In this document: positions 1-12,000 of the stretch, piece by piece
Layout: each line of letters opens with the position of its first letter
How positions within the stretch are numbered: position 1 is the first letter of the stretch
Assembly (NCBI RefSeq): GCF_963921235.1
Contig: NC_086097.1
Span: forward strand, 126,234,001 to 126,298,000
Direction of reading: 5' to 3'
Origin: Mobula hypostoma
Taxonomy: Eukaryota
DNA length: 64,000 bases
Made by a program: the position numbers and the translations under genes
The notes under the pieces: model-generated
What the model was told of the DNA's origin: nothing
What the model saw: only the letters and a program-made list of their open reading frames with translations
Database searches by the model: none

Positions 1-7
1 GGAGAAG

Positions 8-690
8 TCAAAAAAAAATGACCCTCACAGTGCTCGCTGGCTTGTCCAGGTGGGTGTAGACACGGTTCAGCAGGTAGACGATGGCATCCTCAACTCCTAG
101 TTGGGGCTGGTAGGCGAACTGGAGGGGATCTAAGTGTGGCCTGATCATAGGCCGGACCAGCTCCAGAACAAGTCTCTCCAGGGTCTTCATGATGTGGGAG
201 GTCAATGCCACCGATCTCTAGTCATTGAGTCCGCTGTGGCGCGGCATCTTTGGCACAGGGACGAGGCAGGACGTTTTCCACAGTACAGGAACCCTCTGGA
301 GCCTCAGGCTCAGGTTGAATACATGGTGAAGTCTCCACATAGCTGAGGGGCACAGGCTTTGAGCACCCTGGTACTGACACCATCCGGTCCTGCAGCCTTG
401 CTTGGGTTGAGATGTTTCAGCTGTCTTCTCACCTGTTCAGCCGTGAAGCTCACCGTGGTGGTTTTGTGTGGGGGAGGGGTATAGTCATGAGAGCAGGGTG
501 GGGGACTGTGAGGAGGGGTAGGATGGGAGAGTGGAACATGTGTTGATTGGGGGCTGACAACAGATGGCTCATGTGGGGGATGGGCAGGGGTCACAATGTC
601 AAATCTGTTAAAGAAGGTTAAGTTCGTTGGCCCTGTCCACACTGCCCTCAGCTCCTCTGTTGCTAGTTTGCCGGAATCTAGGTGTCTCTA
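8..690 (-). mobile_element. Rex1/Babar-type non-LTR retrotransposon RT fragment (frameshifted)
   Basis: ORFs 310..642 (KAAGPDGVSTRVLKACAPQL) and 8..211 (ALTSHIMKTLERLV..DPLQFAYQ..VEDAI) are typical RT domain 0-2 sequences of this clade; same family as 47721-49962. Confidence 0.85.
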
Positions 691-789
691 TCAGGTCCAC
701 AGAATCTTGTATCTACTCTTAACTGTGGAATCCACATCACTACAGTAGTCCTCTTCTCCCTTCTTCCCTCTAAGCCTCAGCATCAGACT

Positions 790-1180
790 CAATGCCAAGA
801 GACCTGGTTGCTGCAGCTCTTTCTCCTCCCCTCCCCATTACTGAGAGGAACAGCCACAGAGGTACTCTGTACCAGTTGCCCATTTCTCTTCCCTCTCCTG
901 ACAGTCACCCATTTTCCTGCCTCCTGCAACTTAGGGGTGACTACCTCCCTGTAGCTAATATCTATCACTTTCAGTTTTGCATATGAGCTGATGGTCATTG
1001 AACTGTAGTTCCAGAAAAAATAACTAACACGTTCTCTGAGGAACTGCAGCTTGGTGCACCTGGTCCAAATGTGGAAACTAGGAGGCTGGAGGTCTTCCAG
1101 AATTCCCACATCTCTCATAAAGAACACACTACAGCCCAAGGAGCCATTCTCACTGTTCTAACTATATACTAATAGACAAA
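790..1180 (-). mobile_element. CR1 LINE ORF1 fragment
   Basis: Translates to ..YREVVTPK..WVTVRRGK..SVAVPLSN, which matches the ORF1 regions at ~15650-15950 and ~54550-54820 in this window. Confidence 0.55.
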
Positions 1181-1550
1181 GTATGAAGAATAAGAAGAAA
1201 CTTACCAGATATGTACCTAGCCAAAGGCTCTCCATTCTAACACTGGTCCATTCTCACAATGCTGCTCCACTTGTTCTGCCTTCTTTTTATTTGCCTTTGC
1301 TAATGCATGAGTCTTCTTGCACCACCAAGACTGTGCTGCCCTTGTATACTGTGCTTTATAGGATTGCTTTTATATATTTTTTATTTATTGAGGTTTTTGT
1401 ATTCTTTATGCTTATTGCATTTTTTATGCTGCATTGGATCCAGAAGAATCATTTTGTTCTCTTTTACACTTGTACTGAAAAATGACAATAAACAATCCAG
1501 AATCTCGAACGAGCTGAGATTCAAAGAGAGAACTAGATTCCTGATTCTGT

Positions 1551-2937
1551 AAACAACAGGAATTCTGCAGATGCTGGAAATTCAAGCAACAGACATCAAA
1601 GTTGCTGGTTAACGCAGCAGGCTGGGCAGCATCTCTAGGAAGAGGTACAGTCGACGTTTCAGGCCAAGACCCTTCGTCAGGACTAACTGAAGGAAGAATT
1701 AGTAAGAGATTTGAGAGGGGGAGGGGGAGATCCAAAATGATAGGGGAAGACGAGGGGGAGGGATGGAGCCAAGAGCTGGGCAGGTGATTGGCAAAAGGGA
1801 TATGAGAGGATCATGGGACAGGAGGCCTTGGGAGAAAGACAGGGGGGCAGGGGGAACCCAGAGGATGGGCAAGGGGTTTAGTCAGAGGGACAGAGGGAGA
1901 AAAAGGAGAGTGAGAGAAAGAATGTGTGTATAAAAGTAAATAACGGATGGGGTACAAGGGGGAGGTGCGGCTTTAGCGGAAGTTAGAGAAGTTAATGTTC
2001 ATGCCATCAGGTTGGAGGCTACCCAGACGGAATATAAGGTGTTGTTCCTCCAACCTGAGTGTGGCTTCATCTTTACAGTAGAGGAGGCCGTGGATAGACA
2101 TGTAAGAATGGGAATGGGATGTGGAATTAAAATGTGTGGCCACTGGGAGATCCTGCTTTCTCTGGCGGACAGAGAGCAGGTGTTCAGCAAAGTAGTCTCC
2201 CAGTCTGTGTCGGGTCTCGCCAATATATAGAAGGCCACATCGGGAGCACCGGATGCCTTGTATCACCCCAGCCAACTCACAGGTGAAGTGTCACCTCACC
2301 TGGAAGGACTGTCTGGGACCCTGAATGGTGGTAAGGAAGGAAGTGTAAGGGCATGTGTAGCACTTGTTCTGCTTACAAGGATAAGTGCCAGGAAGGAGAT
2401 CAGTGGGGAGGGATGGGGGAGATGAATGGACAAGGGAGTCACGAAGGGAGCGATCCCTGCGGAAAGCAGAGAGAGGGGGGTAGGGAAATATGTGCTTAGT
2501 GGTGGGATCCCGTTGGAGGTGGCGGAAGTTACGGAGAATAATATGTTGGACCCAGAGGCTGGTGGGGTGGTAGGTGAGGACCAGGGGAACCCTATTCCTA
2601 GTGGGGTGGCGGGAGGATGGAGTGAGAGCAGATGTGCATGAAATGGGGGAGATGCGTTTGAGAGCAGAGTTGATGGTGGAAGAAGGGAAGCACCTTTCTT
2701 TAAGGAAGGTCATCTCCCTCGTCCTGGAATGAAAAGTCTCATCCTGAGAGCAGATGCGGCGAAGACAGAGGAATTGCGAGAAGGAAATGGCACTTTTGCA
2801 CGAGACTGGGTGAGAAGAGGAATAGTCCAGATAGCTGTGAGAGTCAGTAGGCTTATAGTAGACATCAGTGGATAAGCTGTCTCCAGAGATAGAGACAGAA
2901 AGATCTAGAAAGGGGAGGGAGGTGTTGGAAATGGACT
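1551..2937 (-). mobile_element. 5'-truncated Penelope-like element (GIY-YIG endonuclease region plus 3' pLTR)
   Basis: ORF 1973..2275 has RCSRCGLLYIGETRHRLGDYFAEH (GIY-YIG). A 15-bp direct repeat GATTCCTGATTCTGT at 1536-1550 and 2950-2964 fits a TSD. Confidence 0.9.
1649..1684 (-). ncRNA. Minimal type I hammerhead ribozyme motif, core intact
   Basis: Minus strand reads AGUC-CUGACGA-AGGGUCUUGGCCU-GAAAC-GUC-GACU: stem I AGUC/GACU, conserved CUGANGA and GAAA boxes, GUC triplet, vestigial palindromic stem III. Confidence 0.75.
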
Positions 2938-4164
2938 ATGATTCTGATGGATTCCTGATTCTGTTCCGTGTTTCTGATCCACATGTTTTGTTCGAAGATG
3001 ATAATCACTTGCAACAGTAGATGTGATTTTGTTGAACTCTGGATTTGTTATGAAAATGAAATCTTGAATCATAAGACCTTAATACTTAAAATGGAGTTAA
3101 ATATAGTTAGACAGTTAAGTACCGATAATGTTGTTTCATGTTCCATCCAGTGGTTGAAAGTAGAATTGCGAAATTAGATGCTTTTAAACTTACGTTTTAT
3201 AAAGCAACGAGGTGTACTTTAATGGTGCAGGTTCCAGCTCAGTGCAATCTTGTGACATGTATATGTCTAAAGAAATTTCTCCCCACTCCTTATCCTGCGA
3301 TACTACCTCTAACTCAAGATTTTCCAGCCCGAGGAAATAACTTCTGTGAACCTTTTTATATGAGCCTTTTATAGCTTGGTGAGATCACACCTTGTTTTGA
3401 AATTTCATATGAATATGAGCCTTCCATAGAATATAGAAAACGACAACACAGTATAGTCCCTTCAACCAGCAGGGTTGTGCCGACCTTTTTATCTACTCTA
3501 AGATCATTCTCACACTTCCCTTCTTACATGTCCTCCCTCCATTTTTCTATAATCCACATGCCTAAGAGTTTCTTAAATGGCCCTAATGTATCTGCCTCTA
3601 CCAGTTCTCCTGGCAGTGTGCTCCATGCATCACTCTGTTTCTTTTTTTAAAATAAAAACAAGGAAAAAGAAACACCTCTGACATCTCCCCTATACTTTTT
3701 CCCAATTACTTTAAAGTTATGCAGCTTGTATTAGCCATTTCCAAACTGGGAAAAACTATCTAGCTGTTCACTCGATCCATGTTTCTTACTAAACATTTGT
3801 ACTCTATATCCTCATTATAATTATCTTAGAAATCAGTATGGTGAATCCAAATAACTCTTGAGTCCAACACGAATTCAGCTTTTTTTAAGCACAAGTACAA
3901 AAAAAACTGCATACAGTACTCAAAGAAACTTGTACCAAAGCCCTATTTAAATTCTTTATAATTCTTGTAGAATCTTCATTTGCAATGAGAAAAGGTGAGA
4001 ATTCTAAGCAGTACAGATTGCATGATTGAATTGAGAATGAGTTGATGACCCACGTGTTTACTTCAGTCCTCTTGAAGCAATAGCCAACTAAACTTTTGTA
4101 TCAACATACACACAAAATGCTGGTGGAACGCAGAAGGCCAGGCAGCATCTAGAGGAAGAGGTAC

Positions 4165-4200
4165 AGTCGACGTTTCGGGCTGACACCCTTCGTCAGGACT
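4165..4200 (-). ncRNA. Minimal type I hammerhead ribozyme motif, core intact
   Basis: Minus strand reads AGUC-CUGACGA-AGGGUGUCAGCCC-GAAAC-GUC-GACU. Confidence 0.75.
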
Positions 4201-4820
4201 AACTGAAAGAAGAGATAGTAAGAGATTTGAAAGGGGGAGGGGGAGATCCGGAATGATAGGAGAAAACAGGAGGGGGAGGGATGGAGCCGAGAGCTGGAAA
4301 GTTGATTGGCAAAAGGGATATGAGGCTGGAGAAGGGAGAGGATCATGGGACGGGAGGCCTAGGGAGAAAGAAAGGGGGAGAGGGGGGGAAACCCAAAGGA
4401 TGGGCAAGGAGTTATAGTGAGAGGGACAGAGGGAGAAAAAGGAGAGAAAGAGAGGAAAAAAAATTAATAATAAATAACGGATGGGGTACGAAGGGGAGGT
4501 GGGGCATTAACGGAAGTTAGAGAAGTCAATGTTCATGCCATCAGGTTGGAGGCTACCCAGATGGAATATAAGGTGGTGTTCCTCCAACCTGAGTGTGGCT
4601 TCATGTTGACAGTAGAGGAGGCCGTGGATAGACATCAGAATGGGAATGGGACGTGGAATTAAAATGTGTGGCCACTGGGAATCCTGCTTTCTCTGGCAGA
4701 CAGAGCGTAGGTGTTCAGCGAAACGGTCTCCCAGCCTGCGTGGGGTCTCGCCAATATAAAGTAGGCCGCATTGGGAGCACCAGACGCAGTATTTCACCCC
4801 AGCCGACTCACAAGTGAAGT

Positions 4821-4973
4821 AAACACAAAATACTCTGCAGATGCTGGGGTCAGAGCAACACTCACAACACGCTGGAGGAACTCAGCAGGTTGGGCAGCAT
4901 CCGTGGATACGATCAGTCAGTGTTTCCACGGGTGCTGCCCGACCTGCTGAGTTCGTCCAGCGTGATGTGAGTG
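4821..4973. mobile_element. Mini fold-back PLE-end element nested in a PLE
   Basis: ~50-bp inverted arms at 4858-4907 and 4925-4974; flanking repeat TCACA(A/G)GTGAAGT at 4808-4820 and 4974-4986. Confidence 0.75.
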
Positions 4974-5287
4974 TCACAGGTGAAGTGTCATGTCACCTGG
5001 AAGGACTGTCTTGGGGCCCTGAATGTTGGTGAGGGAGGAAAAGTAAGGGCATGTGTAGTACTTGTTCCACTTACAAGGATAAGTGCCGGGAGGGAGATCG
5101 GTGGGGAAGGATGGGGGGGGCGAACACCTTATATTCAACACCTTATTTTCTGTCTGGGCCAACACCTTGTATTCCGTCTGGGTAGCCTCCAATCTTACGG
5201 CATGAACATTGACTTCTCTAACTTCCGTTAATGCCCCTTCTCCCCTTTGTACCCTATCCCTTTATTTATTTATTTTTTTAATTCATT

Positions 5288-5465
5288 CTCTCTCTCTCTC
5301 CCCTCCCCCTCCCTCCCCTCTCCTCCCCTCCCTCCCCTCTCCTCCCCTCTCCTCCCCTCTCCTCCCCTCTCCTCCCCTCTCCCTCCCCTCCCCTCCCCTC
5401 CCCTCCCCTCCCCTCCCCTCCCCTCCCCTCCCCTCCCCTCCCCTCCCCTCCCCTCCCCTCCCCCT
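5288..5465 (+). repeat. (CT)n/(CCCCT/CCTCT)n polypyrimidine microsatellite
   Basis: Directly visible pure C/T tract inside the PLE 3' region. Confidence 0.95.
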
Positions 5466-6131
5466 ATAACTCCTTGCCCATCCTCTGCGTTCCCCCCCCC
5501 CACCTTTCTTTCTCCCTAGGCCTCCCGTCCCATGATCCTCTCCCTTCTCCAGCCTTGTATCCCTTTTGCCAATCAACTTTGCAGCTCTTAGCACCATCCC
5601 TCCCCCTCCTGTCTTCTCCTATCATTTTGGATCTCCCCCTCTCACTCCCACTTTCAAATCTCTTACTATCCCTTCTTTCAGTTAGTCCTGACAAAGGGTC
5701 TCGGCCCGAAACGTCAACTGTACCTCTTCGTATAGATGCTGCCTGGCCTGCTGCGTTCCGCCGGCATTTTGTGTGTGTGTTGCTTGAATTTCCAGCATCT
5801 GCAGATTTCCTCATGTTTGCGTTTTTAAACTTTTGTATTCTTAGTTTCTTATTTTATCTGCATGATTACTTTCTGCATCTTGTGAACCAGAGCACCAAGA
5901 TCTCACTATAGGCAACAAGATTGCTCAAACTCACTGTTTATGAATATTAACAGAAAATACTGTGGAGGCTCAGGCAGCATCAGTGGAAAGAAATGTCTTA
6001 GCATCTGTGGAAAGAGACAAAAGGTTTGGGCTGAGTGTTCAATCAATTTCTGTTTCTTTGCTTCTGATTTCCAGTATCTGCAATATGCTTTAATACAGCT
6101 ATCTGTAGTATTCCTTTTCTTACCCTGTCTC

Positions 6132-8870
6132 TTGCAAAAATGCCATCCCCTTCTCACAATTCCTCCGTCTCCGCCGCATCTGCTCTCAGGATGAGGTTTT
6201 CATTCCAGGACGAAGGAGATGTCCTCCTTTTTTAAAGAAGGGGGCTTCCCTTCCTCCACCATCAACTCTGCTCTCAAACGCATCTCCCCCATTTCACGCA
6301 CATCTGCTCTCACTCCATCCTCCCGCCACCCCACAAGGAATAGGGTTCCCCTGGTCCTCACCTACCACCCCACCAGCCTCCGGGTCCAACATATAATTCT
6401 CCGTAACTTCCGCCACCTCCAATGGGATCCCACCAATAAGCACATTTTTCCCTCCCCCTTCTCTCTGCTTTCCGCAGGGATCACTCCCTACGCGATCCCT
6501 TTGTCCATTCGTCCCCCCCATCCCTCTGCACTGATCTCCCTCCTGGCACTTATCCTTGTAAGCGGAACAAGTGCTACACATGCCTTTACACTTCCTCCCT
6601 CACTACCATTCAGGGCCCCAGACAGTCCTTCCAGGTGAGGCAACACTTCACCTGTGAGTTGGCTGGGGTAATGTACTGCGTCCGGTGCTCCCGATGCGGC
6701 CTTCTATATATGGGCGAGACCGGACGCAGACTGGGAGATTGTTTCGCTGAACACCTACGCTCTGTCTGCCAGAGAAAGCAGGATCTCCAGTGGCCACATA
6801 TTTTAATTCCACGTCCCATTCCCATTCTGATATGTCTACCCACGGCCTCCTCTACTGTCAAGATGAAGCCACCCTCAGGTTGGAGGAATAACACCTTATA
6901 TTCCGTCTGGGTAGCCTCCAACCTGATGGCATGATCATTGACTTCTCAAACTTCCGCTAATGCCCGACCTCCCCCTTGTACCACATCCGTTAGTGATAAT
7001 TTTTCAAAACTCGTTAGATTCTGGACTAGTTCCTGAGGATTGGAGGGTGGCTAATGTAACCCCACTTTTTAAAAAAGGAGGGAGAGAGAAACCGGGGAAT
7101 TATAGACCGATTAGCCTAACGTCGGTGGTGGGGAAACTGCTGGAATCAGTTATCAAAGATGTGATAACAGCACATTTGGAAAGCAGTGAAATCATTGGAC
7201 AAAGTCAGCATGGATTTGTGAAAGGAAAATCATGTCTGACGAATCTCATAGAATTTTTTGAGGATGTAACTAGTAGAGTGGATAGGGGAGAACCAGTGGA
7301 TGTGGTATATTTGGATTTTCAAAAGGCTTTTGACAAGGTCCCACACAGGAGATGAGTGTGCAAACTTAAAGCACACAGTATTGGGGGTAAGATATTGATG
7401 TGAATGGAGAATTGGTTAGCAGACGGAAGCAAAGAGTGGGAATAAATGGGACCTTTTCAGAATGGCAGGCAGTGACTAGTGGGGTACCGCAAGGCTCAGT
7501 GCTGGGACCCCAGTTGTTTACAATATATATTAATGACTTGGATGAGGGAATTAAATGCAGCATCTCCAAGTTTGCGGATGACACGAAGCTAGGTGGCAGT
7601 GTTAGCTGTGAGGAGGATGCTAAGAGGGTGCAGGGTGACTTGGATAGGTTGGGTGAGTGGGCAAATTCATGGCAGATGCAATTTAATGTGGATAAATGTG
7701 AAGTTATCCACTTTGGTGGCAAAAATAGGAAAACAGATTATTATCTGAATGGTGACCGATTAGGAAAAGGGGAGGTGCAGCGAGACCTGGGTGTCATTAT
7801 ACACCAGTCATTGAAAGTGGGCATGCAGGTACAGCAGGCGGTGAAAAAGGCAAATGGTATGCTGGCATTTATAGCGAGAGGATTCGAGTACAGGAGCAGG
7901 GAGGTTCTACTGAAGTTGTACAAGACCTTGGTGAGACCACACCTGGAGTATTGTGTGCAGTTTTGGTCCCCTAATCTGAGGAAAGACATCCTTGCCTTAG
8001 AGGGAGTACAAAGAAGGTTCACCAGATTGATTCCTGGGATGGCAGGACTTTCATATGAAGAAAGACTGGATGAACTGGGCTTGTACTCGTTGGAATTTAG
8101 AAGATTGAGGGGGGAATCTGATTGAAATGTATAAAATCCTAAAGGGATTGGACAGGCTAGATGCAGGAAGATTTTTCCCGATGTTGGGGATGTCCAGAAC
8201 GAGGGGCCACAGTTTGAGGATAAAGGGGAAGCCTTTTAGGACTGAGATTAGGAAAAACTTCTTCACATGGAGAGTGGTGAATCTGTGGAATTCTCTGCCA
8301 CAGGAAACAGTTGAGGCCAGTTCATTGGCTATATTTAAGAGGGAGTTAGATATGGCCCTTGTGGCTATGGGGGTCAGGGGGTATGGAGGGAAGGCTGGGG
8401 CGGGGTTCTGAGTTGGATGATCAGCCATGATCATAAATGGCGGTGCTGGCTCAAAGGGCCGAATGGCCTACTCCTGCACCTATTTTCTATGTTTCTATGT
8501 TATTTATTTATTTATATACACACACATTCTTTTTTTCTCTCTCTCCTTTTTCTCCCTCTGTCCCCCTCACTATACCCCTTGCCCATCCTCTGGGCTTTTC
8601 CCCACCTCCCCTTTTCTTTCTCTCTGGGCCTCCTGTCCCATGATCCTCTCATATCCCTTTTGCCAATCAGCTCTTGGCTCCATCCCTCCCCCTCCTGTCT
8701 TCTCCTATCATTTCGGATCTCCCCCTCCCCCTCCCACTTTCAAGTCTCTTACTAGCTCTTCTTTCAGTTAGTCCTGACAAAGGGACTTGGCCCGAAACGT
8801 CAATTGTGCCTCTTCCTCGAGATGCTGCCTGGCCTGCTGCGTTCACCTGCAAATTTTATGTGTGTTGCTT
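6132..8870 (+). mobile_element. Penelope-like element fragment interrupted by a CR1 LINE
   Basis: ORFs 6219..6638 and 6635..6934 (YCVRCSRCGLLYMGETGRRLGDCFAEH). The PLE 3' sequence stops at ~6992, resumes at ~8499, and includes a mutated hammerhead at 8770-8805. Confidence 0.88.
6993..8498 (+). mobile_element. 5'-truncated CR1 LINE (RT domain plus 3' UTR), young copy
   Basis: ORFs 6960..7355, 7400..8125 and 8127..8411 contain PEDWRVANVTPLFKKG, GVPQGSVLGP, KFADDTKL and RTRGH; ends in a (TTTCTATG)n tail. Confidence 0.93.
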
Positions 8871-9149
8871 GTTTTTCTATTACATTGATTTAAAGTGCAT
8901 ATTCTGACTTTTTTTATTATACTCTCTGTCACTGCTTTTTACTTTACCTTTCTATCCTTTTGCATCCTTCTGCTCCCCCTGCCATTTAGCTTTCATTATC
9001 GGTCGACTTGTATATGTTACACTGTCACGGAATACTCTCGACGGGAAAGGCGGTCATCTTGCTGAGCTCTGTTTCTGTATTTATCAGATGTGGAAAAATA
9101 TCTGGATCTGGAGTTAATATATTTTAATTAAAATGCTTTTCTTCTTTAG

Positions 9150-9218
9150 AGCAAATTATGCTGAATGGGAAAAAACATATGAAACTCTAGCAGAGATGGT
9201 GGTTCCACGTTCAAGCAA
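9150..9218 (+). CDS. ATP6V1C1: V-type proton ATPase subunit C1, internal coding exon (69 bp)
   Basis: tttag|A GCA AAT...AGC AA|gtaagg; encodes ANYAEWEKTYETLAEMVVPRSS; phase matches the next exon. Confidence 0.93.
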
Positions 9219-10292
9219 GTAAGGAAGAGATATGATCTATTTCTTGTGAACTTTCCAGCTGGTATTGATTGAAAATTTGAGTAATGCTTACTGCTATGAC
9301 TTTGATTTTGACCATCTTAAATAAACTGGTTATAATTTGTAGATTGTATCCAAGATGCAGAGGGGGAGAGAACCTGGAAACTGTAGTGTAATGGTTCAGC
9401 AGCATAGTAAGATTAATGATGCTCAGAATTCTGGTTCAGTGGGAAGAGAGTGGAGAAAGAGTATATAATTTGAGAGAGATGTGTGGCAAATTGAATTAAA
9501 GATAATTTTTGCTTCATTTGGGGGGGGCGAATGTAGAAAATTCTGATACAACCTGGAGTAAACTTATATGGGAAGGGCAGAATATAGGGGAAGAAAACAC
9601 AATTTTATGGGGAAAGTAGTTGTATTTTTAAATGGGATTAAAGACAACTTGTTCTCAACCATGAAGTTAATCAGAGTACAAATATTTGAGTGCTTAACTT
9701 TCCAATGAAGCATGCTTCCAGAACAGCACCACTACATTTGCTTTAAAATTTGTACTTACTAGGGCTTTCATAAATATTTAGGTATTATTTTCAATGATAC
9801 ATGTGAAGTTGGATTTTCTATGAATGATTTAAAGTTCATATAACTACTTCCACTTTCAGAATACTAATACATTGGATGTGAATTTTTGTTGAAGATGGGC
9901 AGTGCAAGTTTGTGTTTAGTTCCAGATGTGAGAATTTGGAAATCTGCTGGACCCATCGAAACATTGTTCATGTGATTTTTTTTTTAAATGGTGAAAGAAC
10001 TGGAAAGTGTGCAATTTATTGATAAATAAGGAAAAATTTATCAATTTCATCGCTGCTTTAAATTTTAGTGTTTTCAAGGGTTGGGCTTCGGTGTGTTGTT
10101 GGTCCAAGACCAGAACTGGGGAAGGCATGATATTTGTTGCAAAGAAATGATTACGTTTAAAGTACACCACATTCTATATCTTATGTACTTGATAAACCAT
10201 GAACGAATCTGAAATGAGACCTATCCATATAATTTAGTGCTCAGTCTGTGTCCACATACAAGCAAGCTATCAAACTTTGTGCATTAAAACCT

Positions 10293-10568
10293 ACACTCAT
10301 TGGTCACTTAATTTGGTACAAGAATGGTCTTCTGCTGCTGTAGCCTGTGCACTTCAAGGTTCGACATGTTGTGCATTCAGAGATGCTCTTCTACACACCA
10401 CTGTTGTAACGTGTGTTTATTTGAGTTGCTGTCTCCTTTCTGTTAGCTTGAACCAGTCTGGCCATTCTCTTCTGACCTCTCTCATTAACAAAGTCCTTTC
10501 GTCTACAGAACTGCTATTCCATGGATGTTTTTTTTTGTTTCTTGCACCATTCTCTGTAAACTCTAGAG
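10293..10568 (+). mobile_element. Left half of a non-autonomous DNA transposon (Tc1-like MITE), broken at the hAT insertion site
   Basis: Aligns by eye to the fuller copy at 32245-32772 up to the sequence CTAGAG. Confidence 0.6.
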
Positions 10569-12000
10569 CAGCCTTTCTCAACCTTTTTGCCCTGGTGGAA
10601 CCCTTGAAATAATTTTCAGATCTCAGGGAACCCCTGCCTAAAAATTTTTATATGTGCAGCTCACGGTATTTTAGCGTGATCAGTAAGTTGTAGATATAAT
10701 GCAAAAATAACTGTCAATGCTTTTTTGAGTAGAGAATGAATTTTTAGCTTACCTTTCATGAAATTAATCTCTTTTTCCCTTTTTCATAAATGTTAAACAA
10801 GAAAAAGCTTGCTCACACACGTAAGAAGTTGAAAACTCAGCAAAATGTTCATTGCTTTCCTATGAATGGCAGGATACTTTTCTTTCACAGAAATCCAGAA
10901 CTTGTCCAAGGCAGGTTAATAAATCTCATCTTGAGTGCACGACCAGAGTGCAGCTCACAAAGTTCTTCCTCTTCTCTCAAAGTCAGGTTCTCAGGCTGAG
11001 CAGAACATTTGGGGAAAGGGTCCCTCACCCAGTCATACATGTGTTGAAAGGGAGGAAAAATGCTGTTCAATCTTGTTCTGCAGTTCTTCCAAGTGGTTTT
11101 CAATAAGGCTCAAGACTTTCTGATATCCTTCCTCACTCTTGAGCCCAAGTAGCAATGGAAACATTTCACAATTTCCTTTTGCATAATGATTTTTCCAAAG
11201 ATTCAGTTTCCTTTTAAATCTAAGAATCTTGTCACTTGAAGTTAAAACATTTTCTCCAGGGCCTTGCAGAGACTTGTTCAACTGGTTCATATGTTGAAAA
11301 ATGTCTGTTAAGTAGGCTAGTTTCTGCAGCCATTCTGCAACTTCAAAGCACTCAGCAAAACCTGGCCTACTATTTTCTGAAAAGCACTCATGCAATTCAT
11401 CTTTCAGCTCAAACACCCTGTTGAGAAATCTTCCTCTGCTAAGCCACCGATTTCTGTATGTAGCAGAGGATTGGTGTGCTCTTTGTCCAAGTTTCCACAG
11501 TTTTTTAAACATTCTCTAGTGAACTGGTCTTAAAGCTACTAAATAACTTGCTTCCTGAATCGTTTTACTGACTGTGACTTTATTTTCAAAAGCTGTTTTG
11601 AGATTTGTTTGTTTTAAGATTCCAATAGTTTAAAATAATCAGCACTTTCATGTGTCATGTGGCTGTGATTCGTAGTTAAGGGTCTTTTCAATTTTGCTGG
11701 AGCCATTGCTACATTTTTATGTTGTTTGCCACCGACTAGGCACAGTGGAATAGGACAACTTGGATCACCAGTCCATATAAAACTCACTGATAAGCTGGTT
11801 TATTTGTAAAGATGGACTTTTTTGTATCTGTTGTTTCACTAGTGTAGTGAAATGATTCAGATTGTAATTCTTCATCATTAAGCTTATCAGAATTGTCCAT
11901 AGGCCTAGGTCTAGAATTCTCTTCTTCTTACACCTCCTATTCAAAAATCGCCACACTGGACCACCTTTAGAATGAAAATTTCCCTACAATTTTCTACTAC
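10569..12000 (-). mobile_element. hAT (Buster/Charlie-type) transposon remnant with deleted transposase
   Basis: ORF 11033..11512 has RWLSRGRFLNRVFELKDEL..LAYLTDIFQHMNQLNKSLQG..FKRKLNLW. The end CAGCCTTTCTCAACC abuts the 8-bp site CTCTAGAG (nnnTAnnn). Right boundary not resolved. Confidence 0.8.

Larger units (their letters stand above)
4102..5825. mobile_element. Fold-back Penelope-like insertion (minus arm 4102-5120, plus arm 5121-5825)
   Basis: GIY-YIG ORF 4507..4797 (-). Both ends carry the same pLTR in opposite orientation. 13-bp TSD TAAACTTTTGTAT at 4089-4101 and 5826-5838. Confidence 0.88.

Noticed and set aside
2939..3010. C/D-box snoRNA (several CTGA/ATGA motifs)
   Set aside because: The motifs are explained by the PLE target-site duplication; there is no correctly ordered C-D pair with a terminal stem.
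5209..5597. Pro-rich and Gly/Arg/Glu-rich ORFs
   Set aside because: They are translations of the (CCCCT)n microsatellite.
11033..11512. Domesticated ZBED8/Buster gene
   Set aside because: Internal deletions, flanking frameshifts and a retained TIR indicate a dead transposon.
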